A stretch of DNA of 63,709 nt, filler included, from Reclinomonas americana ATCC 50394 (Eukaryota): NCBI GenBank assembly GCA_048213135.1. It is 11 parts of 8 records of this genome, joined end to end, with 100 filler letters (N's around TTAATTAATTAA, not from the genome) between each part and the next. Parts side by side here need not be neighbours in the genome. Positions count along the whole stretch, not along the records: positions 49,146 to 55,376 come from PS015725.1; positions 55,477 to 57,766 come from PS015725.1; positions 57,867 to 60,598 come from PS015725.1; positions 60,699 to 62,386 come from PS015726.1; 7 more parts are not named here. One strand, 5' to 3'. Of this stretch, positions 49,355 through 61,136 are shown one piece after another; position 1 is the stretch's first letter; the number at the start of each line of letters is the position of its first letter. Under the pieces are notes generated by a model. It had not been told where the DNA came from and searched no databases. It worked only from the letters and a program-made list of their open reading frames with translations. A program made the position numbers and the translations under genes.

Positions 49355-52300
49355 TTAGACGCAGGCGGCGACCGAAGTGGAGCCTTGTCCGGCGGTGGTC
49401 TTGCCTGCTGGGCACGGTGTGCACACCGGTGACCCTGGAGCGTCCGAGTACTGGCCAATGGGGCAGTTGACGCACGAGGTCTGGCCGCTGAGCGACTGGT
49501 ACTTGCCCTTGGGGCAACTCGCACACGCTCCACCGCCTGTGGTATCTGTGTGTGTGCATATGTGTGTGCAAGTGAATACGGGGCCACGAGGAGGAGAGGG
49601 GCGTCGAGGGGGGCGCACATTCTCCAGGCTGGCAATTGTAGCAAGCGTCTCTCCGGAAGGCCGACGTCTGACCGTTGGTGCACGTGGCGCACGATGTGGC
49701 GGGCACGAGTGCATTCCATGTGCCAGGCACACAGTTCAGGCACTGACGACCGCCGTTGCCGTACGTGCCTGCACGCATGCACAGGAGGGCGGTGAGGCGG
49801 GCCATACACACACAAAACATGAGCGGCGATGAGGCGCACCATTCACGCATTGCTCGAGACGCCCGTCGCGACATGACGAGTTGGTGGGGCACTTGGTGCA
49901 CACGCCATTGTTGTTGTACTCGTCGGCTTTGCACGGTGATCCGACTCCGTTGACACACACCTGGACGAGAAACATGGTCAGGTCAGGGAAATGCGACGCT
50001 TCCTCTCACGCTCTCGATCCTACACCCTCAACCATCGCCTCGCAATCTACTCACCCAGCCCGACGGACACGTGGCGCACGTCGACTGGCCGCCGAACGAG
50101 TGCATGCCGGCGATGGCACAACTGTACCGCTGCGAAGCCGAGCACGCCGACGCCAATTCGCACCAGTGACAAGTGCCGCGGCGCTTCACCTCATAATAGT
50201 AGCCAGGCTGGCAGGAACACGCAACTGCGCAAAGAAGACAGGAAGTCACGGGTTAAACACTCCTCTTTCTGTCACGCGCAGAGATGCAGACACGCAACTG
50301 GTCGGATTGGCCACGATTTCGACGTCGTCAAAGAGCACAGCGCCCGATGTGAAGCCCGACAGCGTGAGCGTCAGCTGCACCGACGTGATACTGCCGGTGG
50401 TCATGGTCAAGTCGTAGCTGAGCGACTGCCACACACCGACCTGACCAGCCGCCGTGTTGAAGGCGAGTTGTTGAGTGGATCCTGCGTTAGGGGAGGAGGC
50501 GAGGGTGAGGCACAGGTCGGAATCCCGAGGAGAGAGGGTACTGCCAACAACAAGCCGCCTGACAAAACCTACACCCCAGCATGCTTCTCTTCTCTTCTTT
50601 CCCCTCCCTTTGCCCTCTCGCCAAACCTGGTGTTATGACCGCAGTCATGCGCCAGTTGCCAGCGCCAACCAGTGCCGTACGCATGTATCCCTTGACGCGC
50701 ACACGGAAGTTGACGGCGTTGGTCTCCTGCACCGTAATGGTCTGCGTCGCCGAGTTGGTGCCACCGTTGCCGTCCATGCGCAGGAAGGGCGCGGTGCCGG
50801 TGCCGGCCGCGTTGCTGTCGATCACGTACGAGCCTGACGAGAGCGTCCATCGCTCCAGTGCGTTGGTGGCTCCCTGCGTGAACTCGGGCCACAGCATGTT
50901 GCCATTCAGCACCCAGCCTCCACCAATGGCATTGATGGCCGCTGCGGATGCATGAGGAAACCAAAGAGACGGCAGAGTGCGACATTCTCTCTCACACACA
51001 CACACACCGTAGTTTGCACTCGCACATGACACGCACTGCGAGTAGCCAACCAGCGAGTACTGATTCGCTGCGCAGGCTGTGCACGCCGACGCTCCTGAGC
51101 CGCTGTATGTGGAAGCCGGACAGCGCTGGCACACGGAGAACGAGGATCCGCCAGCGGTGGTGCTGTACGTGCCAGGAATGCAGGGGACGCATTGTGTGAG
51201 GCCAGTCTGGCCCCAGGTGCCGGCCGCACATCCAGTGCACTGGTTGACATTGGTGAGGCCCGGAGCACCACCAAATGTGCCCGGTGGACAGCCGACTGCG
51301 CATCATGAGCGTGAGTATGAAGCGCAAGAAAAGGTACGCCGCCGAGCAGACGACGCAACTGCAACTGGCCACACTCTGAGCGTTTGTGCCCGGGAAGTAT
51401 GTGCCTTGTGGACACTGCGCCGTCAATCACGAGTGAAATTTTAGAAGCCGCTGCGACGCAAAGTGTCGATTGCGGGACGGACGCAACATTGATACACGAC
51501 GACTGTCCGGTCTGGTCTTGGTATTGGCCTGCGGGGCACACCGTGCAACTCGTCTGACCCAGCAAATTCTGTGCACCCATCGCAGTACGTCAGCATCCAT
51601 CAGTGAATTATCGTGCTCGAGTGCGCTCACCTGGAATGTGCCCTTGGCGCAGGCGACACAGGAGGAGAGTAGGGACTGGCCGCTCAGCGTCGATAACATG
51701 GAGGTACCGGCTGCGCAGCGAAAGAGGAGGTAAGTGGGTGAAGCAGCGGCATAGTTCGCAAGTGAGGAATACCTGGGCACTGGATGCAAGACGTGGACTG
51801 CGAGTTTGGTTGATATCTGCAACCAGAACACAAGAGGTGAGGCCAGCGGAATTGCAAGGCGATGAGCAAACGGCAAGAAGGACGCACGTTCCCGCGATAC
51901 AATTCAGACAAGAACCGGCTCCACCCTGCACCAAAAAAATCGAGAATTCTTTTCAGAAGACATGTCGCCCACCAACTCATTCCACAGCAGTGCAACAAAC
52001 CGCGGCCTTGTAGGTGCCCGGATTGCAAGGCGTACAAGATGCGGCACTCGCACCACTGCAAGGGACACGGTGCATGTCAGCTGTGGCGAGGCACACGGTT
52101 GGCAACACAGTGATAACTCACCTATAGGTGCCAGCTGCGCAGGACTGGCAGGCGGCCGTGTTGGGTGCACCGAACGAGCCGGCAGTGCATGCCGTGCAGG
52201 TGCTGCTGCCGGCCACGGACACGGCACCAGTCTGCGCACAGAGCCACCGAGTGAGTTTCACATCACGAACTACTGAGACGCATGCGTAGTGGTACTGTGC

Positions 52301-54171
52301 GCACCGGGCAAGCCAAGCAGTCGCTGGCCAGGGTGCGGCCGGTCAGGGTGCTGGAGCGACAGTGAGCACTCAGTGCATTCACAAGGGGTTCACATTGCAC
52401 GCAACTTAAAAGTTCCGATCGGGCACTGTGTGCACGTCGCAGATCCCGTCACGGCGGCGTACGTGCCGGCCAAGCACGACTGGCAGACACTGATGGAGGT
52501 CGCATTGAGCTGCGCACATCGGGGTGAGGGTGAGACGTGTGTTGCAACAGACGGGGCGCGGCAAGCGCATGCTGTACGCAACCGCTTGACTCGCTGTACC
52601 GAGTGGACAGTTCCTGTTGCCAGCGCGTCAACAAAGGTGAGAAAAAATGTTCATCTCACACACGCACACACAGACGGCTTGCGCAACGAGCACGAGGCCA
52701 ACGAAGTGCCACCAGCGGCGGTTGCATAGGTGCCTGCCGGGCAGCTGATGCATGTCGCCTGACCGGCACCATTGGTGTAGAATCCCTGCGCGCAAGTGGT
52801 GCACGAATATGCGCCTGTGTAGCACGCACGACACGCAGATGAGTTACGTGATGACACTCGGGAAGGAGTTTACGAATAACAGTCGCACCAATGGCAGAAA
52901 TGCTTCCGGCAGCGCAATTGGAGCACTGTGACGTGCAGCAATAGCAATCGAGTGAGTGGATGTTGCGTTAGAATGGATGGGCACACGATCATTCACCGTG
53001 GAGTCACCAGCTGCGGAAAACTGGCCCGCCGGGCACGTTGGTCGGCTGTAGTCAGTCACTACGACACAGTGCGGTGAGTCGCAACGATTTACGATCGTGC
53101 GTTTCTGGTGACAGAGTGAGCGCAACTCCACGTGTCCGAGAGCGACTGGTACTGGTCTTCGCCGCCATGAACCCACACGGTGTTGTTGAACACAAACATG
53201 CCGAAATTGCGACGCACACCAATGGCCGTCGGGTTGCTGATGGATGGTGTGTACCAGCGATTCAACACATTGTCGTACTCGATCGGTGACGCTGCAGGAC
53301 GGACACATCAGTGGCACGAGTGAGAGTAACAAGAGAGGGGAGTTGCGCAACTGAGGTAATTGGGAAACGTCGATCGATAACCGCCGAAAACGAACATGCG
53401 ATTGCCCTGCACCACGGCCTTGTGACTGGCACGACCGGCCGGTGGGCTCGCTGCAACAATATGGATATTGAGAAGCGAATACGCAAGGAAGGGGAACGGA
53501 AACGCATGCACGCAACAGGCATTGTTGATGGTCGTCCATCCGCCGGGAACTGCGCAACACATACTTTAGGCAACCCTCTCTCACACACACACAGAGGACA
53601 ACGGATACGATTCCGCAACTGCAGTAGCTCATCAGGGTAGAGTACACGGTGTAGACGACCGAGGTTGACACCGTGTTACCGCCAAACACATACATGCACG
53701 TGCCGAGCCACACGGCCGAGTGGTAGGCGGTGGCTTGTGGCCCTGCTGCGAGTGAAGTCCACGTCTTGGTCGCTGTGCGCTACAGTGAGTCGCGATCGCA
53801 GCACCAAGCCTGTCACAATATGCGCTTGCTCAACTGAAATCAAACGAGTACAGGTCGCTGAGGAGACTCAGATCGGCAGCTGCGCCACCGTACAGATAGC
53901 CGAGATTGTTGTTCGGATTCAACACAAACGTGGCGCCCTCCCTGATTGGCGGAGTCGAGCCACTCGTCGTGATGGGTCCCACCCAGGGTCCGTTGGCGCC
54001 GGCGGGATTGCCTGCACGATATCACACGCATGAGCGGGTGGCTGGCACGCGAGAGCGAGCAACGACACGCAACGATACTGCCACAGATCGTTCAAATACG
54101 CTGCGCCACTGTAGCCGCCGAAAATGTACATGGTGCCGTCGGGCGCGATCACGGCGCTGTGATCCACTCGA
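49355..54171 (-). CDS. Kelch-repeat + GCC2/GCC3 (ephrin-receptor-like) Cys-rich repeat extracellular protein, with an internal CBM-like beta-sandwich
   Basis: HSAVIAPDGTMYIFGGYSG, HKAVVQGNRMFVFGGY; many CxxCPxGx[YF] repeats; an NGNMLWPEF...WQSLSYD...VLFDDVEI domain; stop at 49355. Confidence 0.8.
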
Positions 54172-55678
54172 NNNNNNNNNNNNNNNNNNNNNNNNNNNNN
54201 NNNNNNNNNNNNNNNNNNNNNNNNNNNNNNNNNNNNNNNNNNNNNNNNNNNNNNNNNNNNNNNNNNNNNNNNNNNNNNNNNNNNNNNNNNNNNNNNNNNN
54301 NNNNNNNNNNNNNNNNNNNNNNNNNNNNNNNNNNNNNNNNNNNNNNNNNNNNNNNNNNNNNNNNNNNNNNNNNNNNNNNNNNNNNNNNNNNNNNNNNNNN
54401 NNNNNNNNNNNNNNNNNNNNNNNNNNNNNNNNNNNNNNNNNNNNNNNNNNNNNNNNNNNNNNNNNNNNNNNNNNNNNNNNNNNNNNNNNNNNNNNNNNNN
54501 NNNNNNNNNNNNNNNNNNNNNNNNNNNNNNNNNNNNNNNNNNNNNNNNNNNNNNNNNNNNNNNNNNNNNNNNNNNNNNNNNNNNNNNNNNNNNNNNNNNN
54601 NNNNNNNNNNNNNNNNNNNNNNNNNNNNNNNNNNNNNNNNNNNNNNNNNNNNNNNNNNNNNNNNNNNNNNNNNNNNNNNNNNNNNNNNNNNNNNNNNNNN
54701 NNNNNNNNNNNNNNNNNNNNNNNNNNNNNNNNNNNNNNNNNNNNNNNNNNNNNNNNNNNNNNNNNNNNNNNNNNNNNNNNNNNNNNNNNNNNNNNNNNNN
54801 NNNNNNNNNNNNNNNNNNNNNNNNNNNNNNNNNNNNNNNNNNNNNNNNNNNNNNNNNNNNNNNNNNNNNNNNNNNNNNNNNNNNNNNNNNNNNNNNNNNN
54901 NNNNNNNNNNNNNNNNNNNNNNNNNNNNNNNNNNNNNNNNNNNNNNNNNNNNNNNNNNNNNNNNNNNNNNNNNNNNNNNNNNNNNNNNNNNNNNNNNNNN
55001 NNNNNNNNNGAGAGAGAGAGAGAGAGACTGAGACTGAGAGCACTGAGAACGACTTGAGAAGTCTCCTGTTTCTCGTCTTGCGTCTCTATGACTGTGAGTC
55101 TCTCTCCCTCGCACTTCTCTGCTTTCTCCTCTTCTTCTCACTCTCTCTCTCTCTCTCTCCGCTCTCTCTTTCCTCCCGTCTTCATCTTCTTGTCTCCCAT
55201 CTCATCCCCCTTTGTCCCTCACAGATCCCGCCGGCAACTGGACTCTGCTCACCTACCCCTACCCGACGAGTGCTGGACTGGATTTCACACAACCACGTTT
55301 CGCAACTTTCTTTCCCTCCTCCATTCCCCCACTCTCCCCACTCTACTCACTGCGATTCGCAACGCCATGCAGCCGGNNNNNNNNNNNNNNNNNNNNNNNN
55401 NNNNNNNNNNNNNNNNNNNNTTAATTAATTAANNNNNNNNNNNNNNNNNNNNNNNNNNNNNNNNNNNNNNNNNNNNTCGTTCCTCCCCATCTTCATCTTC
55501 TTCTCAAGTCGTCTTCTCTGTGCTCTCTCTTTCTCTCTCAGCCTGTCTTCTCAACTCTCTCTCTCTCTCTTCCTTCTTCTTCTTCTTCTATGCTCTCTCC
55601 ATTCTCTCTTCCTTCCTCCTCTTCATCGCCTTGTCTCCTTTCTCTTTCATCTCTCTCCCACCCTCTCTCCCACTCAAC

Positions 55679-56011
55679 TCGTCAGATCCATGCGATACAC
55701 ATCGGGGCTGACACTCGGGCTGAAGTTGACTGTGACGACACCACCATAGGCGACCGCGTACTGTCCCACCACCAGCGTTGAGTGCCCGCGCGCCACAGGA
55801 AACGTTGGACTGTTCTGCAATGTCCATGATGCGCCGTCCACTGAGCAACAGAAGGAGACACAAGAGAGTGTGAGTGAGGGAGAGAGAGAGAGAGGCAGCA
55901 GAGTGAGAGTGTGAGTGCGCGCGCTCAAAGGCACTGACCGAGAACGATGAGTGACAGCATGATGCTCAGTGCTGCCACGAGCAGCGGTGCATTGTCGATG
56001 CGCCAGTGCAT
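55679..56011 (-). CDS. Signal peptide and first Kelch repeat, probably the 5' end of the 49355-54171 gene; the next exon at about 55225-55290 lies on an inverted segment
   Basis: MHWRIDNAPLLVAALSIMLSLIVL|VDGASWTLQNSPTFPVARGHSTLVVGQYAVAYGG. Confidence 0.65.
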
Positions 56012-56850
56012 CGCTGGCAGTCAGTGTCAGCGTGTGTGTGTGTGTGCGAGCGAGCGTGTGAGCGAAGTGATTGAGATTGTTCATCAACCAACCGAAATTG
56101 CATGTCTGAAAATTGCGAATTTTTTCCTCCCTCCTTCGCCGTCAGCCGCTGGTGCTGTGTGTGAGCCGCTGGGTGTGGCTGGTGGCGAGTGCTGACGGTG
56201 CTCATAGGCTCGGATGCGTGGATGGAATTCGAAGTACAAGCTGCAAGTGAAATCGGACACGATCGTGATATCGATATCGGGCCGGCGCCGGCCTTGGATG
56301 CGTGGGGAGGGTGCAGAAGGCGTGGGTGGGGCGGAGAACAGAGAGAGGGAAGGTGCATCCAGCAGAGTTCACGTCGTTCCGAATTACGGTTTGACAACTG
56401 GTCGTGATACCGGAAATGCATTGGCGATTGCATCGGTCGCAGCTGATTCCAGCCTGTGGAGACAAGGAAGAGCAGGGTTCGATCTCTGCATATTCGACGC
56501 CACAAACAACCAGTTGCATGCATGATCGGAGGTGAACCAAATCTCGGTTTTTGAGTTCGCTGCTGCACGTGCACACGCGCGAATGCAGTTCCTTGCCTCC
56601 AGTTCCGAAGTGGATGCCTCGGGGTTTCTTCCGGCTGTCGCGTCGAGTAAGCCAGCCGATGTCCATAGCTGCGCATGCTTCGAGCCTGCAATTGGCTCGA
56701 GCGGCGCAGCGAATGCAGCAACCAATTCCGACGAATACTCGCTGCAGACTGGTCAAGGGCAGCCACTGCACGCCGTTGTCCACAACATCAGACAAAGGCG
56801 GAAAAGCAAGGCCTTCAACTCGAGCAGGACACAACCAGTTTTCTCTCAAA

Positions 56851-57766
56851 ATGAGTGGATCCGGAGCAAAGGAAGAGCTGCCCCTCGACACGTTTCACGC
56901 CGCCGACGGTTTCGCGCTGCACTGCACCGTGTATCGCCCGCACGGGGATGACACAGCGGAGAATGTAGACTGCCTGCTGGTGTGCCCGGGCATGGGAGTT
57001 CCGTGTCGCGCCTACCGGAGACTCGCCGACTTCTTTTCGCGCCACTGCCACATGCGCGTTATGCTGTTTGATTATCGAGGCATTGGTGTGTCGCGGCCAC
57101 CGCAGTGTGCAGACAGCCTGCGAGGCTTTCACGCGCGCATGTCCACGTTGCGTGCACAGTACAGAGAGAGAGAGATTTTTGACATGCATTGCTCATTCAT
57201 TCATTCTTTCATTCGCATGCAGGTGGGGCACGCAAGACATGAGTGCGGCCATCAAGTTTCGCCCAATACCTCTCCTCCATCCCTCCCTCGCTCCACCTCT
57301 CGATCTCATGCATGCTTCCTGCATAGACACGCGCATGCACATGTTCGATCCGGACCCACTGGTCGTCTCTTCCTCTTCTGTCACTCCATGAGTGGCATTC
57401 TGGTCGGCATGTGCACCCTGGAGGCGCTGGCGCTACCGTCGGGATGCATCACGGCCGGCTCGATGAACGCGCACTCGGGCCACTATCCGTTCCCGCAGTT
57501 TCGTTGGTTATCTCCCTGTGTCTTTGTCGCGTCTTCTTTCAGTCGCTGATGTGAGAGGGTGAGGCAGGCGGGCTGCTCGGTGGACGTTGGATCACTTTAT
57601 CATCCCCGGTCTCACCCGTCTGTGCGGCGAGTGTCCTTCTGACTGGCTCGGCTTCGGGGCTCGGCTGTTGCGTCGCTGTGCTGTTCGACGGCAGATCGAA
57701 CCCCTCACATCCTGTGCATGCGAGCAGACCGGCCGGAGTCGCACTGGAGTCGGCGTGGTGGTCATG
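56851..57766 (+). CDS. Alpha/beta-fold hydrolase (bacterial COG4757-like), 3'-partial
   Basis: AADGFAL, PGMGVPCRAYRRLADF, FDYRGIGVSRP..SLRGF, WGTQDMSAAI, nucleophile elbow CHSMSG. Confidence 0.8.
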
Positions 57767-57999
57767 NNNNNNNNNNNNNNNNNNNNNNNNNNNNNNNNNN
57801 NNNNNNNNNNTTAATTAATTAANNNNNNNNNNNNNNNNNNNNNNNNNNNNNNNNNNNNNNNNNNNNGTCGTCGTCGTCGTCGTCGTCTCGTCGTCGTTGT
57901 TGTGTCGTCGTCGTCGTACGTAGTACGTCGTCGTTCGTTCGTTCGTCGTCCGTTCCTCCTTCCGTTCGTTCGTTCGTTCGTCGTCGTCGTCGTCGTCTC

Positions 58000-58070
<71 letters not shown>

Positions 58071-58480
58071 CCTCCCTCCCTCCCTCGTGCTTGTGTACTT
58101 TATCAATCGTGTGCTGCATTTGCATCGCTCTTACTCTCGTCTCTTTGCCTTCCCTCCCTTCTCCCTTCCTCCCTTCTCCCCCTCCTATCCCTCCTCCCTC
58201 ATCTCTCACTCTCTCCCTCTTTGACAGACGACGACGACTTTGCACGACAGCTCCGCGCCGAGTTGCAAGGCGCACCGTCATCGTGAGAAGACGAAAAATA
58301 ACGACGACTGCATCCGCACCTAAGAGAGAGAGAATGAGAGGCCTGCTTGCGTTGTTTCCTTTGTGCAAAAAAATGAAGAAACGGCAATTGGCTCGGCCGC
58401 GAAGACTATATGGGCGAAATTCCCCCGGCGCACGACAACTTACACACACGCACATATTGAGAGAGAGAGAGAGAGAGAGA

Positions 58481-59502
58481 ATGAGCGAAAGTGCATTGAT
58501 CACCATGGTGGAGACGGCACACGCAATGTGGGTGCCACTGCTCGGGGCCAGCTTGCTGACATTGGAGGTGCGCGCGCGCACGGATGCTTGAAAAATTCTC
58601 CTCTCACTCACTCTTTCTTTGCGCCTCACACGCACGCGTGCAGCTGTTCCATCTGATCTCTCACGTGGTTGTGATGCTCGGTGAGTCGCGCGCGCGAGAG
58701 AGTGACACAAGTGAGCATCGGCATTGCTGCTTCCCGTTTTCCGCCATCGAACGTGTGTCCGGAAACACGACGCCAGCGACAACATGGCAGCACAGCTGGA
58801 GACCCTCGCCCGCGCGACCACTGCACACTGTCTGCATGTGTCCCTTGTCTCCACTGTGCACAGCCGCACCGCTAGATTCCTCGCCACTGTGTGTCTCACT
58901 CATCTCTTGCCAATAGGAATCCGCTTGCTGCCACGACGAATTCTCATCCGACAACGAACGTACTTCCTCGTCGACACCGCCACCGTGCTCGCCTCCTGGT
59001 GGTACACTGGCAAGGTGAGGGCGCGTCATCAGCAGCACAAGAGAAGACAGCTTGTGCGCTGATTCCGTAAACATGCAGGGCTGGTGGGTCGCCGTCGTGC
59101 AGCACATGCAGCATCTGGCGTACGTCTTTACGTGGAACGAGTCGTCGTTTGCACGCCGCGTCATCAGGTACATTTTCGCCATCCCTTGACCCTCCGCCCA
59201 CATCGACTCTGCTCACACACTCTGTGCCTAGTTGGTCGTCGCTGGATTGGGCGTCGTCGCGCTGGGTGCCGACGCTGGTGCTCGGCACGGCGTTCGACTG
59301 CGCCGTGCACGCCTTCTACGCCATGCATCTGGCCATTGCTGTCGGCGTCATTCCCACCCTGCTGGCCGTCGTGGTGGCGCTGGCCATCTGCCGTGCGACC
59401 CTCTTCAACAGTGCCTCGGCGTGGTCGACTCGCAGTGCCATGCCGGAGTGGGTGCGTCGCAAGGTCGAGGACATTCACGACACCACCGAGAACGGCTACT
59501 GA
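58481..59502 (+). CDS. Hypothetical His-rich multi-pass membrane protein
   Basis: Exons join in frame across GT-AG introns; hydrophobic helices carrying FHLISH, QHMQH and FDCAVH. Confidence 0.65.
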
Positions 59503-59623
59503 CAGCAGTTCTAAGTTTATCTGCTGCCACATCCGCCCACCTTTTTCTCTGCTCTCGTTCTGTGGCAATAAAATAGCGTCTCCCCGCTCCAAACAACAAC
59601 AAACTGAACAAAAAACAACACCA

Positions 59624-60598
59624 TCACAACGACAACGAACAATGCGCGCCACCCGTCTCACTGTCGTGGGAGTGCCGACGAGCCGCCATTGGCCGCCTTT
59701 GCGCCACGTGGTCCATCAATGCCGTGGCGAGCAGGATAGACGGCGATTTTGATTGTGTGACGCTGCGTGGGTGCCACCGCTCCCTGTGCGCCGACAGAAA
59801 ATAGTGCGTGTCAGCATTTTGTGACAGCAAGGTGGAGAAGTGGCATTGTCGCAACTCGTTTCCTTTGCTCGGGGGCGGGACTCGCAGGGCAACTCGAGCT
59901 GCGGCCTCGCGACCTCGCGGTGCTGGGGATCGATCCGGGAGCCCACTCGTAGCCTGCGCGTGAACAAGTGAGCGATGGGGCATGCTGCCAGAGAGGAGCA
60001 AAAGGTGACAGAAATCAACCCCTAAACAACCAGCGTCCCTCTTTTTCCCCCACACCCACCTGGCGGCAGTTTCCGACTCGCATACATGTCCATCAACTTG
60101 CTACCGGAGTACTCGGCGATCAGCGGATCCGGCGGTGCCTTGGCGGACCGCGTCTCGGAGCTGGCGCGCAGTCTCCTCATGTCATCTTGCAGGCGATGGA
60201 GACCCGGGCGAGCTGCACGAGAAAAAACGTAAGATCACAGCGCGCACACACACAAAATCACCCTGCCACTCTTGTCGCACCTGGCTCCTCCCACGGCTCA
60301 AAGGTGCCGAACTCGGAGCGCACCGCCTGGTTGTGCAGCGCTTGCTTCAGCTTGGGGCCATTCTTCATGATAAAATCGTGCAGTAATGATCCACCCTCTG
60401 CAGCGCGGCGGCGAAAAGTGAGCAGGTGGCATACAGTAACACTAATCCCCCTCGTCGACACGCAACTGTCTGTCCTGGCGGTGGTGAAAGAATGAGACGA
60501 GCGTGCCGACAATGATCCCGACGGAGGCGCTGCTGCTGCCGCTGCCCCGTTTCCGTTCTCATCCCCACTTGGTGTTCGGGCACGAGCGCTCTGCGGTC
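59624..60598 (-). CDS. Hypothetical protein, 3' exons
   Basis: Exons GGSLLHDFIMKNGPKLKQAL... and ARPGLHRLQDDMRRL... with GT-AG introns. Confidence 0.5.
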
Positions 60599-60698
60599 NN
60601 NNNNNNNNNNNNNNNNNNNNNNNNNNNNNNNNNNNNNNNNNNTTAATTAATTAANNNNNNNNNNNNNNNNNNNNNNNNNNNNNNNNNNNNNNNNNNNN

Positions 60699-61136
60699 GA
60701 CGAGGCGACGCATCGCTGCGCTTCTGCAACTCTCGACCGGCGGCCGGTTTCACTGCGACACACATCAGCACAGGTCGCCCACCACATTGCGTGGCAGGAA
60801 ACGAGAAAAAAACGCAACGCATGCGCTGTGTGGACTCGCGAACGCGATCCCAGCTGCTCTGCGAGATGCGCACAGCTTGCTGCCATTCGGTGCCATTTGC
60901 GGGCGCGGTGGAGGGTCGCGGCGACGACTTGGAGCGCTGCGTCTCCAGCGGCGCCATGCTCATGCCGTCGGCAAACGATGAGCCCGCCGGTGCCTCGCCT
61001 TCTCCCACGGACATTTGCGCCGTCGCGCCGCGAGCAGAGGCAGCGGCACCGGTTCGCTGGCCGGCTGGCAGGATGAAGGTGCCCCGAGCCGCCGCCAGCT
61101 GCTTGCCACTCAAGCGTTTGTTCTTCTCCACAAAGT
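60699..61136 (-). CDS. Hypothetical protein exons (possibly upstream part of the 59624-60598 gene)
   Basis: Open exon DFVEKNKRLSGKQLAAARG...RESTQRMR bounded by splice sites. Confidence 0.45.

Noticed and set aside
462..59855. Introner elements as the source of the GTTGCG introns
   Set aside because: The intron bodies share no visible similarity beyond splice signals.
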